Numbered from the stretch's first letter, positions 42,231 to 51,308 are shown. The stretch is DNA of 53,769 nucleotides from an uncultured Gemmatimonadaceae bacterium (GCA_966111935.1 CBHWBX010000001.1:1-53769); one strand, 5' to 3'. The notes: generated by a model not told the origin, from the sequence alone. Numbers and translations are program-made.

Positions 42231-43164
42231 CTGCGCGGAGGAACGTCATGTGCGATGATCCGTTCAGTTCATTCCACTCGGATTGCGCAGGCCAGTTATT
42301 CGGCTCACCCGCCTCGCGCAGTTCTGCGTTGCGAAGGCGCAGCGCATAGACGGCGGCGGCGATGTTCAGCGCGTACGCCCAGCGCCACAGCCGTCGCGTG
42401 TCCTCTCCGGGATCGCCGGATGGGGCGGAGCGGGCGGCAAGGAGTCGGCGCTGCACCAACGCCAGCCAGTCGTAACCGTCCGGCAAACCGGCGTCGACGC
42501 AATGCGTCCGCAGCGCCGTGTACGTCTCTGGCGACAGCGGGCCGACTGTGTCCGTCGCTTCGCTCGTCTCGACGGACGACGACGAGGAGGAGGAGCGGAG
42601 CAGGCGATCCGACGCGAGATTCAACGCCCAGTGCATTGCGGCAGGGGCGAAATGCCGGATCTCGCCGAGCGCGTCGGCCAGCGCGCCGTTGTCGGTCGCT
42701 TCGTGCAGACGAAGGTCGCTCTTCGCGGCCTCGGCAAACCACGCCTCTTTTCGCGCCAGCAACGCCTCGTACTGCTGTTGCGGTGTCGCTTCGGAGACTG
42801 ACGGCGGGGTGCTGGCTTCTGCTCCGGGGGCGCGAGCGGGTTGCGGCGCTGCTGTCGCGCCTCCGGTGTCCCCGGAACGCGCGGCGCGAAGTTCGGCGAG
42901 CAGCCATGCGATGTCGTCGGGCGCGTTGGCGATGAAGCGCGCCGTGTCGTCCACGCGAGCCGGGCTGGTGAGATCCGGCGCGGCGACCGTGCGCAGAATG
43001 CCGTCGGTTGCCGCGCCGCAGTCCGCGACGTTGTACATCGCGTTCCAGTAGCGACAGACCTTCCACGGTCCCGGCGTCGCCGCCTGCAACCGCGCTTCGA
43101 TCTCGCGGAGCCGCGCCTCGAAGGCGTCCGTCGTCCGCCCGCTCTCGTGTCCTGGGAGGGTCAT
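42043..43164 (-). CDS. Ead/Ea22-like protein with a frame-shifted tail (373 aa as tracked)
   Basis: ATPGPW..FIANAPDDIAWLLAEL motif and a poly-Ser tract. The last ~60 codons read through the duplicated segment in a different frame from copy 1. Confidence 0.55.
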   Translation of the reverse strand: MTLPGHESGRTTDAFEARLREIEARLQAATPGPWKVCRYWNAMYNVADCGAATDGILRTVAAPDLTSPARVDDTARFIANAPDDIAWLLAELRAARSGDTGGATAAPQPARAPGAEASTPPSVSEATPQQQYEALLARKEAWFAEAAKSDLRLHEATDNGALADALGEIRHFAPAAMHWALNLASDRLLRSSSSSSSVETSEATDTVGPLSPETYTALRTHCVDAGLPDGYDWLALVQRRLLAARSAPSGDPGEDTRRLWRWAYALNIAAAVYALRLRNAELREAGEPNNWPAQSEWNELNGSSHMTFLRAARDLAGIDHTEFLPFVRGVVHLRPDGNDEHGDDRWLRPATSPESTTQSSYRSCAASRGRHSR

Positions 43165-43514
43165 GACCGAGCCTCGTTGCTGACGGTGATCTTGAGTTTC
43201 CCGCCGAGCACCGCGTCGCGAATGCGCTTCGCGCGCTCGATGTCAAGCGGGTTGTCGAACTGCGGCGTCTCGGCGGCGAGCTTCGAGACGGCGAGGAGCA
43301 TCGCACGGAGCTGCTGGATGATCCCGCAGTACGAGTTGGCGCATCTCTCGCCAAAGTCGCCCGTCTCAAGGTCCACGGTGTGCGCGAACCACTCGCAGCC
43401 GCAGTGCTCGCACGGCGCTTCACCGGCGAATGCGCTCGGGCGAGGCTTGGGCGTGCTCGGCATCCTGCGCGTCGCGCGCTTCTGGGTCTTCGCCTGCTTG
43501 CTGGGGAGGGTCAT
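43161..43514 (-). CDS. hypothetical Cys-rich protein (117 aa)
   Basis: CEHCGC..(n)..C..YC. ATGA-type overlaps at both ends. Confidence 0.5.
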   Translation of the reverse strand: MTLPSKQAKTQKRATRRMPSTPKPRPSAFAGEAPCEHCGCEWFAHTVDLETGDFGERCANSYCGIIQQLRAMLLAVSKLAAETPQFDNPLDIERAKRIRDAVLGGKLKITVSNEARS

Positions 43515-44113
43515 ACCGACGAGCCCTCCGCGAGCACAGCGTCAATCGCAGCGAGGCGCGGCGCGTTCTTCGTGTAGATCTTCCACTCGTTATACTGCTC
43601 GCCAGCGATGTTCTTCCGCATCCGCTCGACCTCGGCGTCGAAGTCGGCGCGCTCGGACTCAGTAAGCAGATCGACGCGCAGCGCTTCGCGCGTGATCGGC
43701 CAGTCTCCGTAAATCGCATCACTCGCCGCGCCGCGCCCGACGTCGACCATACCCATGTGCGCGCGGCGGTCATAGAACGCTGCCTTGTAGAAGACCGCCA
43801 CACGACGGATGCCGCGCTCGTCCACTATGTACGACCACATGGCGTGATCGCTCCCTTCGCGCTTCCAGCCCGTCGGCAGCGTCGCGGGGCGGAACAGCGG
43901 GTCGTCCGCGAACGGCTCGCCGAAGGTGAAGCCGAGCGCGATCATCGCGTCGACGTCGCGGCAATCCGTCGGCAGCGATGCGCTCTCCAGCAACTGCGCC
44001 TGCCCGCGCCGCTCCTGCGCCTCGATGCCGCCGCCGAATCCCGTCTCGACGAGCGTGCGCAGCGGGTTTTCATGCGAGGTGCGTTCGGTGTTCTCGACTC
44101 GATTCTGTCTCAT
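43511..44113 (-). CDS. hypothetical protein (200 aa)
   Basis: Protein-like composition. Preceded by copy A of the 38-bp repeat. Confidence 0.55.
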   Translation of the reverse strand: MRQNRVENTERTSHENPLRTLVETGFGGGIEAQERRGQAQLLESASLPTDCRDVDAMIALGFTFGEPFADDPLFRPATLPTGWKREGSDHAMWSYIVDERGIRRVAVFYKAAFYDRRAHMGMVDVGRGAASDAIYGDWPITREALRVDLLTESERADFDAEVERMRKNIAGEQYNEWKIYTKNAPRLAAIDAVLAEGSSV

Positions 44114-44145
44114 GTCTGTTCTCTCGGGTGTCTCAGGTCAGGGGG
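44108..44145. repeat. 38-bp intergenic repeat, copy A
   Basis: TCTCATGTCTGTTCTCTCGGGTGTCTCAGGTCAGGGGG. Covers the ATG and 5' leader of gene 43511..44113. Confidence 0.9.
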
Positions 44146-44149
44146 TGGG

Positions 44150-44854
44150 CTAGGCGGCAGAGCGCGCGGCGAGATGCGCTAGCAGTTGCTTGCCGAGGTA
44201 TTCGGTGTAGGCCGGCGGGATCGACTCGGCGACTTCGCGCCAGCTCATCCAGTCCACGCCGCCCATCGCCTCGCTGGCCTGTTCGACGGAGCGGGGCGCG
44301 CGAAGTTCGGAGCCATCCTTGCGCGTCGTGAGGCGCCGGCCATCAGGCCGTTCGCCGTAGACGCCGATAATCGGGCGTGTGACCGGACGAAGCGGGGCGG
44401 CGACGAGCGGGACGTTCGACTCGAACAGCCGCGGACGATCGACGCCGAGGCCGAACATCGCGCCGCGAAGGAGTACCGGGTTGCGGAGTTCGCGACGCGC
44501 ACCGACGACGTTTTCGATGATGTACGGCCTGCCGCTCGCGACGAGCAGGTCGCGCACCTCGCCAATGAGTTTCGGATGCGAGTCCGCGACGCCACCCTTC
44601 CCGCGATAGCGGTTGCTCATCTGCGTGTAGCCTTGGCAGGGCGGCGACGCGTGGATCGCCGCGGCGCGCAACTCCGGCGCGAGTTTCAATTCCTCGCGCA
44701 GATAGTTGAGTGCGTCCGCCTGCTCAAAGTGAAACGGGTAGTTCGGCTGCGGATTGATGTCCACGCCGAGGATGTCGAAGCCGGCGCGGTAGTAGCCCAT
44801 GCCGGCGCCACCCGCGCAGCAAAACAGGTCGAGGAGTAACGGACGATCACGCAT
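44150..44854 (-). CDS. DNA (cytosine-5)-methyltransferase (short, 234 aa)
   Basis: Motif I DLFCCAGGAGMGY, motif IV SPPCQGYT, motif VI IIENV. Confidence 0.85.
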   Translation of the reverse strand: MRDRPLLLDLFCCAGGAGMGYYRAGFDILGVDINPQPNYPFHFEQADALNYLREELKLAPELRAAAIHASPPCQGYTQMSNRYRGKGGVADSHPKLIGEVRDLLVASGRPYIIENVVGARRELRNPVLLRGAMFGLGVDRPRLFESNVPLVAAPLRPVTRPIIGVYGERPDGRRLTTRKDGSELRAPRSVEQASEAMGGVDWMSWREVAESIPPAYTEYLGKQLLAHLAARSAA

Positions 44855-45113
44855 CCGACGCCCTCTCCTCGCATCCTGGGCAACCGGCCTTCCCGCCCGG
44901 GCGAACCGGCTGGGCGCCCGTCGATCCGAACGACGCGCCAGGCGCCTTGATGTGAACCCGGCCACATTCGCAGCGACGCCAGCGCCTCATGGGGAAGAAG
45001 TTCATGATGGCACCGCATGCGCACTTCGTACGCTTCGCCTGCGCCGGGTGGCAGTAGCCGCTCTTGGCCGGGTTGATCTCGGAGACATCCAAGCCCGCAT
45101 AGCCTTTAGGCAT
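44847..45113 (-). CDS. hypothetical Cys-rich protein (88 aa)
   Basis: C.C..(n)..C.C..(n)..C..C pattern. 8-nt overlap with the methylase start. Confidence 0.4.
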   Translation of the reverse strand: MPKGYAGLDVSEINPAKSGYCHPAQAKRTKCACGAIMNFFPMRRWRRCECGRVHIKAPGASFGSTGAQPVRPGGKAGCPGCEERASDA

Positions 45114-45152
45114 TGCTCAATTCCTCGTTGTAGTAGGCTCCCAAGGGTTGTC

Positions 45153-45248
45153 CGCTCATCCCACCTCTCCCATCGGGCGGGACCCGGCAGTGGTCGTGAA
45201 GTCGGAAAACAGCTCACGACGCCAATCGGCCTCAGCGTGTTCTCTCAT
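45153..45248 (-). CDS. possible small ORF (31 aa) behind repeat copy B
   Basis: MREHAEADWRRELFSDFTTTAGSRPMGEVG, translated by hand. Shares its ATGAGA start context with gene 43511..44113. Confidence 0.2.
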
Positions 45249-45280
45249 GTCTGTTCTCTCGGGTGTCTCAGGTCAGGGGG
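45243..45280. repeat. 38-bp intergenic repeat, copy B
   Basis: Identical to 44108-44145. Followed by one extra G (G6 versus G5). Confidence 0.9.
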
Positions 45281-45296
45281 GTGCTGCGCGCCGGCG

Positions 45297-46031
45297 CTAT
45301 CGAACGTGTTTCCAAGTCCGCCCCACGACCGCGGAGCGGAGGGACGATTCACTCACACCGAACTCGCGGGCCATCTCAGAGATGTTGCGATAGCCGCTCG
45401 CCGCGCGAGCGCGTGCCTGTCGCACGATTTCGGGTGTCAGCTTCGCAGCGTGATGACGCTCGCCGTGCTCTACCCGGCGCTTCTCGGACGCGTCGCGCAT
45501 GTTCTCGCGATGGGTGCCGAGAAAGAGATGATCCGGACGGACGCACGGTGGGTTATCACAGCGGTGGCAGACTTCCATGCCGTCGGGGATCGGCCCGATG
45601 TGCAGCTGGTAGGACCAACGGTGGGCCTTGAGGCGGCGGCCATACAGTGACGCCGCACCGTAACCACGGACGTCGCGCGGTCCCGTCCATTCCCAACACT
45701 CGGCATCCTTGACGACCTTGCGCCAAAACCGCTCGGTCGGGGACAGCCCCACAGTGCCGTAGTCTCGGCGTCCGGCGCGAATCGCATTCGCAACGGTTGC
45801 GGGGGATTTCGCTATGCCGTGAATGGCGCAGGCCGAGCGGGCACCGGTAACCGTCAGCCCAACCGCACTAGCGAGCTCGCGCCACGACATCGTGTCGATG
45901 TTGAGACGGAGGAACACCAACGTTTCTGCCAGCGCACGAGGCTGGTAGCAGGTACGGCAGCGAGCAGCGCGAGTGTCCTTCGGCTTGCCGCAGGTTGGAC
46001 ACGAATCGGAGGAAGTATGCGAGCGTTCCAT
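45297..46031 (-). CDS. HNH homing-type endonuclease with a C-terminal HTH
   Basis: CWEWTG..GYG and CHRCDNPPCVRPDHLFLGTHRENMRD (HNH_3-like). ISEMAREFGVSESSL HTH. Confidence 0.8.
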   Translation of the reverse strand: MERSHTSSDSCPTCGKPKDTRAARCRTCYQPRALAETLVFLRLNIDTMSWRELASAVGLTVTGARSACAIHGIAKSPATVANAIRAGRRDYGTVGLSPTERFWRKVVKDAECWEWTGPRDVRGYGAASLYGRRLKAHRWSYQLHIGPIPDGMEVCHRCDNPPCVRPDHLFLGTHRENMRDASEKRRVEHGERHHAAKLTPEIVRQARARAASGYRNISEMAREFGVSESSLRSAVVGRTWKHVR

Positions 46032-46058
46032 AGGGGGAATTTAGCGTTCTCTAATCAC

Positions 46059-46445
46059 TTATGAAACAGACAATGTGGCGGAATAGGACTGCCACGCGCG
46101 GTGTGTATCTTCGGCAACGATCGCCGCGGTGAATCGGTATTTCGCCTGGAAGGAATGGCGCCCAGTGCCGTGCCACTCCTGATGACAGCGACGGCAAAGC
46201 GGGATGATGAGCGAGAAGTGCGCTTTGCGTCCCATCCCGTCGCCGGTGATGTGATGGCATTCGCACGGGCCGCCGTCACAGGCCGTGCAGGGCCGACGCG
46301 ATAGCCAGTCGCGAAACGCCTCGGGGCCGTAGATGCGCGCCGTTTCTGACGCCTTCCGCTTGCCGCGCTTCGGCTTCGACGAGCGCTGCATCATCGCCCC
46401 GCGGGCCATCGGCTTCGTGCGCGGGGGCATGGGGGTGCGTTTCAC
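46059..46445 (-). CDS. zinc-binding HNH/DUF968-like nuclease-type protein
   Basis: CTAC..CECHH..(n)..IPLCRRCHQEWH Cys/His pattern. Basic N-terminus. Confidence 0.5.
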   Translation of the reverse strand: MKRTPMPPRTKPMARGAMMQRSSKPKRGKRKASETARIYGPEAFRDWLSRRPCTACDGGPCECHHITGDGMGRKAHFSLIIPLCRRCHQEWHGTGRHSFQAKYRFTAAIVAEDTHRAWQSYSATLSVS

Positions 46446-46855
46446 TTGAGTACCCGCCGCAGCATTTCTTCCGTCCCGCGCGTCGTCAGCTTCTCCGGCG
46501 TGACGCGCAGCACCCGCCAGCCGAGCACCGCCGCCGCGTTGTACTTCTCCATGTCCTTCACGAAACCCGAGCCGCGGGTGTGCCGACCCTGTGTCCAGAC
46601 GCCGCCCTCGACCTCGAGCGCGATGCGGTGCTCAGGCCACGCGTAGTCGAACCGCCACATCCGTTCAGGGTGGAAGTGGTGTTCCGGGGTCGGGTGCGGG
46701 AGCTTGGCGCGCGCGATCACGGCCAAGAACGCGTCACGACGCTGGCGTTCCTCCTCGGCACGAATGGCGCGCGCGACTTCCTTGCTGCGCTTCGTGCCCG
46801 TCAGCTTGCGACGAACGCGCGGCGGAAGATCGGAGAGCTTTACCGCTGCGCTCAC
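46442..46855 (-). CDS. PD-(D/E)XK endonuclease, Vsr/DUF559-like
   Basis: FDYAWPEHRIALEVEGG..H..(n)..D.EKYNAAAVLGWRVLR arrangement. Confidence 0.55.
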   Translation of the reverse strand: MSAAVKLSDLPPRVRRKLTGTKRSKEVARAIRAEEERQRRDAFLAVIARAKLPHPTPEHHFHPERMWRFDYAWPEHRIALEVEGGVWTQGRHTRGSGFVKDMEKYNAAAVLGWRVLRVTPEKLTTRGTEEMLRRVLK

Positions 46856-47064
46856 GTCGTCACCTCACTCGGCTCGACGCCGTAGGCGTTCTGGTCGAGG
46901 ATCCAGCGGAGCGCGGCGGCACGGCGCACGAAGCGCGGGGATGCCGGGAACTTCGCGTAGGACATGGCGCTGGCTTCGTATTCGCGCGCCAGTTCGCGCA
47001 GTTCGGCGAGATGGTCGTCAGGCGTCCGGGTCGCGACGCTTGGATGGGTCATGGTGTCCGTCAT
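46852..47064 (-). CDS. hypothetical protein (70 aa)
   Basis: ATG 47064 is coupled to the helicase stop (TGATG). Confidence 0.45.
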   Translation of the reverse strand: MTDTMTHPSVATRTPDDHLAELRELAREYEASAMSYAKFPASPRFVRRAAALRWILDQNAYGVEPSEVTT

Positions 47065-48143
47065 CAGATCACCTTCCGGATGATGCCGTGGGCGGTGGTG
47101 TACTGGTCGCGTTCCGCGATCTCCGAGAGTCGGCCGTGGTGGACGTGCAGCTTGCAGCGCTCGCCGTCTTTGCCCGACGTGCGATGCTTGAGGCAAACAA
47201 TCGCCATCGTGTTCGGCTCCGTGACCTCGCGGGGCTCGATGTCGCCGCGGGACGCCGCGGCAAGCTGGTACTTGTAGTCGTCGGCCGTTTCGTCGGGCTT
47301 CTTCATCCGGATCGGACGCCAGAGCCCGAGCACGACGTCGGCTTCGTGCTCCTTCGCGGACCCGCCCTGCATGTGGTGGAGCTGCGGCGGGCGATAGACT
47401 GCAAGCCGGTCCCCCTCGCGTCCTTTGCGGTTCACCTGCGACGCGACGATCATCACCAGACCGCAATCGCGGGCGAGCTCCTTCAGGCGGCGAATGATCC
47501 GCTTGAGCGCCAAGTATTCGTTGTCCTGCGCGCCCGTCTCTACACGGTCGATATGGTCGACAATGAGCACCTGACTACCGCGGCGCTCCGCATCCTTCGC
47601 GGCCCGCTCGATCTTTTCGAGCGTGATGAACTTGTCGGGGTGGAACAGAATGCGTTCGCCGTACGCAGTGTCGATCCGCTCGAGCTCCACCCCAACCGCA
47701 TCCTGCCACGCATCGCCTTCGCGGTACTCGTCCCATTCGAGGTTGATCGCGACATGCGCCGGCACATCGACGCGCAGGCACGCCCACTTCGTGCGGAGCT
47801 CGTCCGGCTCCTGCTCAGTCCCGAGGTAGTCGACACTCATCCCGGCGTCGGCCCAGCGGTCGAGCAGGTCGAGCATGAACGTCGTTTTGCCCTGACCGGT
47901 ATTCGCCATCACAAATACGAGGCGTCCAGGCGCCACGCGCCCGACGATGCGATGCACGGACGGGTAGGGGAACCGAATCGCGGTGCCGGGATCTGCCACC
48001 AGCTTTCGCAGGGCGACACTCGTCTGCGCGCCGGACAGAATCTGCGCGTCAACACGGCGGCTCTCCCGCGCCTTCGCGACCGGAAGCGCATCCTCCATCG
48101 CACGCAGCATGGCGGCAGTGGCATCAGAAGCGGGTTTCGTCAT
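47064..48143 (-). CDS. DnaB-like replicative helicase (RecA-fold ATPase)
   Basis: Walker A MANTGQGKTTF and Walker B VLIVDHID. ATG 48143 overlaps the initiator stop (ATGA). Confidence 0.8.
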   Translation of the reverse strand: MTKPASDATAAMLRAMEDALPVAKARESRRVDAQILSGAQTSVALRKLVADPGTAIRFPYPSVHRIVGRVAPGRLVFVMANTGQGKTTFMLDLLDRWADAGMSVDYLGTEQEPDELRTKWACLRVDVPAHVAINLEWDEYREGDAWQDAVGVELERIDTAYGERILFHPDKFITLEKIERAAKDAERRGSQVLIVDHIDRVETGAQDNEYLALKRIIRRLKELARDCGLVMIVASQVNRKGREGDRLAVYRPPQLHHMQGGSAKEHEADVVLGLWRPIRMKKPDETADDYKYQLAAASRGDIEPREVTEPNTMAIVCLKHRTSGKDGERCKLHVHHGRLSEIAERDQYTTAHGIIRKVI

Positions 48144-48943
48144 GCGGCCAGCACCCGCGCCATGCGTCCACGCTCCGTCGGCATGCCCCACTCATCGACG
48201 AGATCCATCGCACCGAGGCGCACCCAATTCGGCAGCTCGGACGCAAAGCGTTTGATGGTCCACTTGCCCTGAAACCGCGGATCGTCCGAGGACTTCCCGT
48301 CGTAAAACGCTTCGACGGCGTTCGCGATCTGCTCGGCGGTGAACCGCTCGTGCTGCGCCTGGAACACGGGCAGCAATTCCTTGCGGAAACGGCTGTACGT
48401 CATCGCGCCCATCTTCTGGGCCCACCGGTCATACCCGGCGTCGCACGTCGCTTTCGGGAACGCGCGCAGGTTCGCCGCCGACGCGCTAGCGTCGGAAGCA
48501 GTAGCTCTTACTGCTTTAACTGCTTCTATCTTGTGCCCCTGCTGTGCCCCTGCTATGCCCTTACCTGTGCCCTTCGCCTCAGACGAGGCTTGGTAAGCAT
48601 CATATTTCGTAATGAGATAGAGCGTTCCGGCTGTGTGCCCTCCCTGTGCCCTCACGCGATCCGATTTTTCGAGATGCGCGAGGTAGGTGCGGACCTTTTT
48701 CACAGACCAGGACCAGCGCTTTGCAAGGAACCGCAGTGACGCGACGAACTGGCCGCGCTTGAGCGGGATCACGCCGCCGGCCGTGCGGTAGTTGCTATCC
48801 TTCCACGCGGCGAGCTGGATCAGGTCAATCCACGCTTCCCAGCGGGAGAACTCTCGTTCTTCCATCCAGAACGGATCTCCGTGTTCAGCGTCGAACACTT
48901 TCCGAGACACTTTGATGTGTCCCGATGGTGGGGCGTCGATCAT
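48140..48943 (-). CDS. probable replication initiator / helicase loader (winged-helix N-terminus)
   Basis: Immediately upstream of and coupled to the helicase. N-terminal wHTH-like LKRGQFVASLRFLAKRWSWSVKKVRTYLAHLEK. Confidence 0.45.
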   Translation of the reverse strand: MIDAPPSGHIKVSRKVFDAEHGDPFWMEEREFSRWEAWIDLIQLAAWKDSNYRTAGGVIPLKRGQFVASLRFLAKRWSWSVKKVRTYLAHLEKSDRVRAQGGHTAGTLYLITKYDAYQASSEAKGTGKGIAGAQQGHKIEAVKAVRATASDASASAANLRAFPKATCDAGYDRWAQKMGAMTYSRFRKELLPVFQAQHERFTAEQIANAVEAFYDGKSSDDPRFQGKWTIKRFASELPNWVRLGAMDLVDEWGMPTERGRMARVLAA

Positions 48944-49173
48944 GCGGCAGCGCGCTCCTTCGCAGCCTTGGCTTCCGCCAGGTGCGTCAACGTCAACAGC
49001 GCAATCATGCGCTGGAACTGTTCAGCGATTTCCGCGAGCTCGTCGCGGCTCAGCGTGACCGTCGGCCCATCGCCCGCGGCGGCGCGCTTCTCAAGGCGCT
49101 CGCCGGCCACAGAGGCAGCAATGAGCATGTTCGCGCGGTCGCGGAAGAAATCGTTCAGCGGTCGTTCGCTCAC
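48940..49173 (-). CDS. hypothetical protein (77 aa)
   Basis: 4-nt overlaps at both ends. Confidence 0.45.
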   Translation of the reverse strand: MSERPLNDFFRDRANMLIAASVAGERLEKRAAAGDGPTVTLSRDELAEIAEQFQRMIALLTLTHLAEAKAAKERAAA

Positions 49174-49379
49174 GGCGTCCCCCGGTCACGGGAGCGCGCG
49201 GGGAAGCAGTCCGGCGCAAGCCTGATCGCGTTCGCGACGTTGACGGCGGCGCAGACCACCATCAACACGCAGGTCCAGAGGCGGGGCGTCTGGGCCGCCA
49301 GCGTGATCGCCACGACGGCCGTGACGATCGACATGCCGCAGACGACGCGGATGAAGGTCGTGAGGGTCCGCTCACGCAT
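49170..49379 (-). CDS. small membrane protein (about 69 aa)
   Basis: FIRVVCGMSIVTAVVAITLAA and LWTCVLMVVCAAVNVANAI segments. Confidence 0.45.
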   Translation of the reverse strand: MRERTLTTFIRVVCGMSIVTAVVAITLAAQTPRLWTCVLMVVCAAVNVANAIRLAPDCFPARSRDRGTP

Positions 49380-49674
49380 CGCGCACCTCTCGGGGGGAGC
49401 CCCCGGCGAGCAAGCACGCACCGATCACGCGCCCGTCGTTGAGATGCGTTTCGCGACACGCGAGGCCGGGACCCTCCTCGGGGCCGTGGTTGTGTGCGAC
49501 GTGCGGACGGACGCGACGCAGCAACGCAGCGGCGTGGCGGTAATGCTCCGCGAGGCGCGCGAACTCTGGATTGCGGTCGCACATCGCCGCGCGACCGTCC
49601 ATTTCGGCGGCAGCCCAGTCGATCGCGGCCTGTGTCGGCGCGGTCGCGGCGGCGGGGAGTGGGGAGGCGATCAT
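49372..49674 (-). CDS. hypothetical protein (100 aa)
   Basis: ATG 49674 overlaps the DUF5131 stop (ATGA). Confidence 0.45.
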   Translation of the reverse strand: MIASPLPAAATAPTQAAIDWAAAEMDGRAAMCDRNPEFARLAEHYRHAAALLRRVRPHVAHNHGPEEGPGLACRETHLNDGRVIGACLLAGGSPREVRDA

Positions 49675-50417
49675 CGAGGCATCTCCACATGACGCACGCC
49701 GTCGAGCAGCGCCGCATCCGCGCCGCGCTTGTCGCGCACGCCACCGAGTTGTTTGAGGAAGAACGCCGCGCCAGAATCCGCGCACTCGTCGCGAAGCGAT
49801 CGTGCCCAATCGATGTCCATCGGGCGAGCGCCGGGGCCACTCTCACCGCCGACAATCAGCCAGTCGATCTCCCACGCCTGCCCGCCGAGATCGAAGCGGC
49901 CAAGCAACGGCTCGGCGCTGACGAAGCGCACGACAGCGGGAACGAACTTCAAGTACTCGACGCGGTAGGCGTAGTCCTGCGACTCGACAGACGTCCCAAG
50001 CCACACGTTCGCGTAGCCGTTGCCCCAATCGCTCGGCAGGTTCGCGGCGATGCGCTCGGGACGCTTCGTGAGCAGTTGCCAATCGAGCCACGGTGTCGCG
50101 CGGATCAGCGGCCACAGCTTCTCGCGCTCGGCGTCGATCGTCGGATGGTCCTCGAACACATCGCACATCGAGGAGCAGAACACGCGACGGCGTACGCCGT
50201 CCATTTCGGCTTTCGCGTTCCACTTCAACGGCTCCGCCCAATGCTTGTCGCCGAACGTGCGGCGCGCGGTCGTTTTCGGCGGGCCCCACACGTCATGCCC
50301 GTAGCGGCGCGAGAGCGTATCCGCGTAGCAATGCGCGCAACCCGGCGAGACCTTGAAGCAGCCCCACGCGATGTTGAACGTGTGGTCAGTCCATTCGATG
50401 CCCGTTTTCTCGCTCAC
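49671..50417 (-). CDS. DUF5131 (phage Gp37/Gp68) family protein
   Basis: TGIEWTDHTFNIAWGCFKVSPGCAHCYA, WLGTSVE, VSAEPLL, DWLIVGGESG. Confidence 0.8.
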   Translation of the reverse strand: MSEKTGIEWTDHTFNIAWGCFKVSPGCAHCYADTLSRRYGHDVWGPPKTTARRTFGDKHWAEPLKWNAKAEMDGVRRRVFCSSMCDVFEDHPTIDAEREKLWPLIRATPWLDWQLLTKRPERIAANLPSDWGNGYANVWLGTSVESQDYAYRVEYLKFVPAVVRFVSAEPLLGRFDLGGQAWEIDWLIVGGESGPGARPMDIDWARSLRDECADSGAAFFLKQLGGVRDKRGADAALLDGVRHVEMPR

Positions 50418-50626
50418 CCCTCCTCCCGGTCTGCGTCGGGACGGGAAGCGAAGGCGTCAGGCGCGCACGCGGGGCAAGTTTTGCCAGTCACCTCGAACGG
50501 CGAGCCGCAGGGGCACGGATGCCAGCGGCCCGGATCGGCGCTCGATAGCATCGACTCCTCGCAGCCGTCGCAGCCTTCGTGATACGTCACGCCGTGCTCG
50601 ACGCACTCCCATCCAGATTCGCTCAC
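50414..50626 (-). CDS. Cys-rich small protein (70 aa)
   Basis: GTG 50626 overlaps the upstream stop (GTGA). C..H..C..C..(n)..C.C..(n)..C..C pattern. Confidence 0.45.
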   Translation of the reverse strand: MSESGWECVEHGVTYHEGCDGCEESMLSSADPGRWHPCPCGSPFEVTGKTCPACAPDAFASRPDADREEG

Positions 50627-50922
50627 GACGCGGCCTCCACCGAGTTGAGGGATTCGATGGCGCTCTGCACCAGTAGCGCGTCGTTTAGGTTGTCCGCCGC
50701 CATCTGGATTTCGGCGCACGCAGCGCGGGCGCGGGCGAGGAGGCGCGACGGGTCGGCGTTCTCCGCTCGCCATGCGACCGATTCAAGCGTGGAGAACAGC
50801 TTCTGCGCGGCATCTTCCACGCGACCCTTCGCCGCGCGCTTGCCCGCCTTGATGAGCGGCTCGCGGCCGACCAGCTCCGCGAGGCGATCCAGCGTTTCCT
50901 TTTCGTTCATCGCTTCGCTCAT
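50623..50922 (-). CDS. hypothetical helical protein (99 aa)
   Basis: Coupled on both sides. Confidence 0.5.
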   Translation of the reverse strand: MSEAMNEKETLDRLAELVGREPLIKAGKRAAKGRVEDAAQKLFSTLESVAWRAENADPSRLLARARAACAEIQMAADNLNDALLVQSAIESLNSVEAAS

Positions 50923-51308
50923 ACCCCGTCCTCCCGTCCGCCGTCATCGGGGAGCGAGACCATGGGATTGGCGAGGAGGTCGGCCCAGAGGGCGACACGC
51001 TCTGGCGTGGGATGGAAACCGAACACACCAGCGTTGAGATCGACGTGCGTCGAGTTAGCGATTCGACGCACGTGCAATGAGCGGCCAACGATGGTCCACT
51101 CGAATGATTCGTGCGGGTCCTTCTCGACGCGCGGGCGCTCGACCATCGGGAGCGGGTAGCGCGCGACCTCCTCGTAGGCGGCGTAGTTCGCGTCGCCCTG
51201 ATCCATGAACTGAGCGGCCTTGGCGAACGCCGCCGTGAATCCCGCGCGAAACGCCTTCCGTTCCCGCAGGACCGCCGCCCGCTCGGACACCATCGGGGCG
51301 GCGCTCAT
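50919..51308 (-). CDS. hypothetical protein (129 aa), first gene after the unit junction
   Basis: Protein-like composition. 203 bp downstream (minus sense) of the junction. Confidence 0.5.
   Translation of the reverse strand: MSAAPMVSERAAVLRERKAFRAGFTAAFAKAAQFMDQGDANYAAYEEVARYPLPMVERPRVEKDPHESFEWTIVGRSLHVRRIANSTHVDLNAGVFGFHPTPERVALWADLLANPMVSLPDDGGREDGV

Noticed and set aside
42043-43164. The 373-aa ORF as a candidate integrase (the largest unassigned early protein).
   Set aside because: The sequence is Ea22-like (ATPGPW, FIANAPDD..LLAEL), with a poly-Ser linker and no R-H-R-Y or serine-recombinase motifs.
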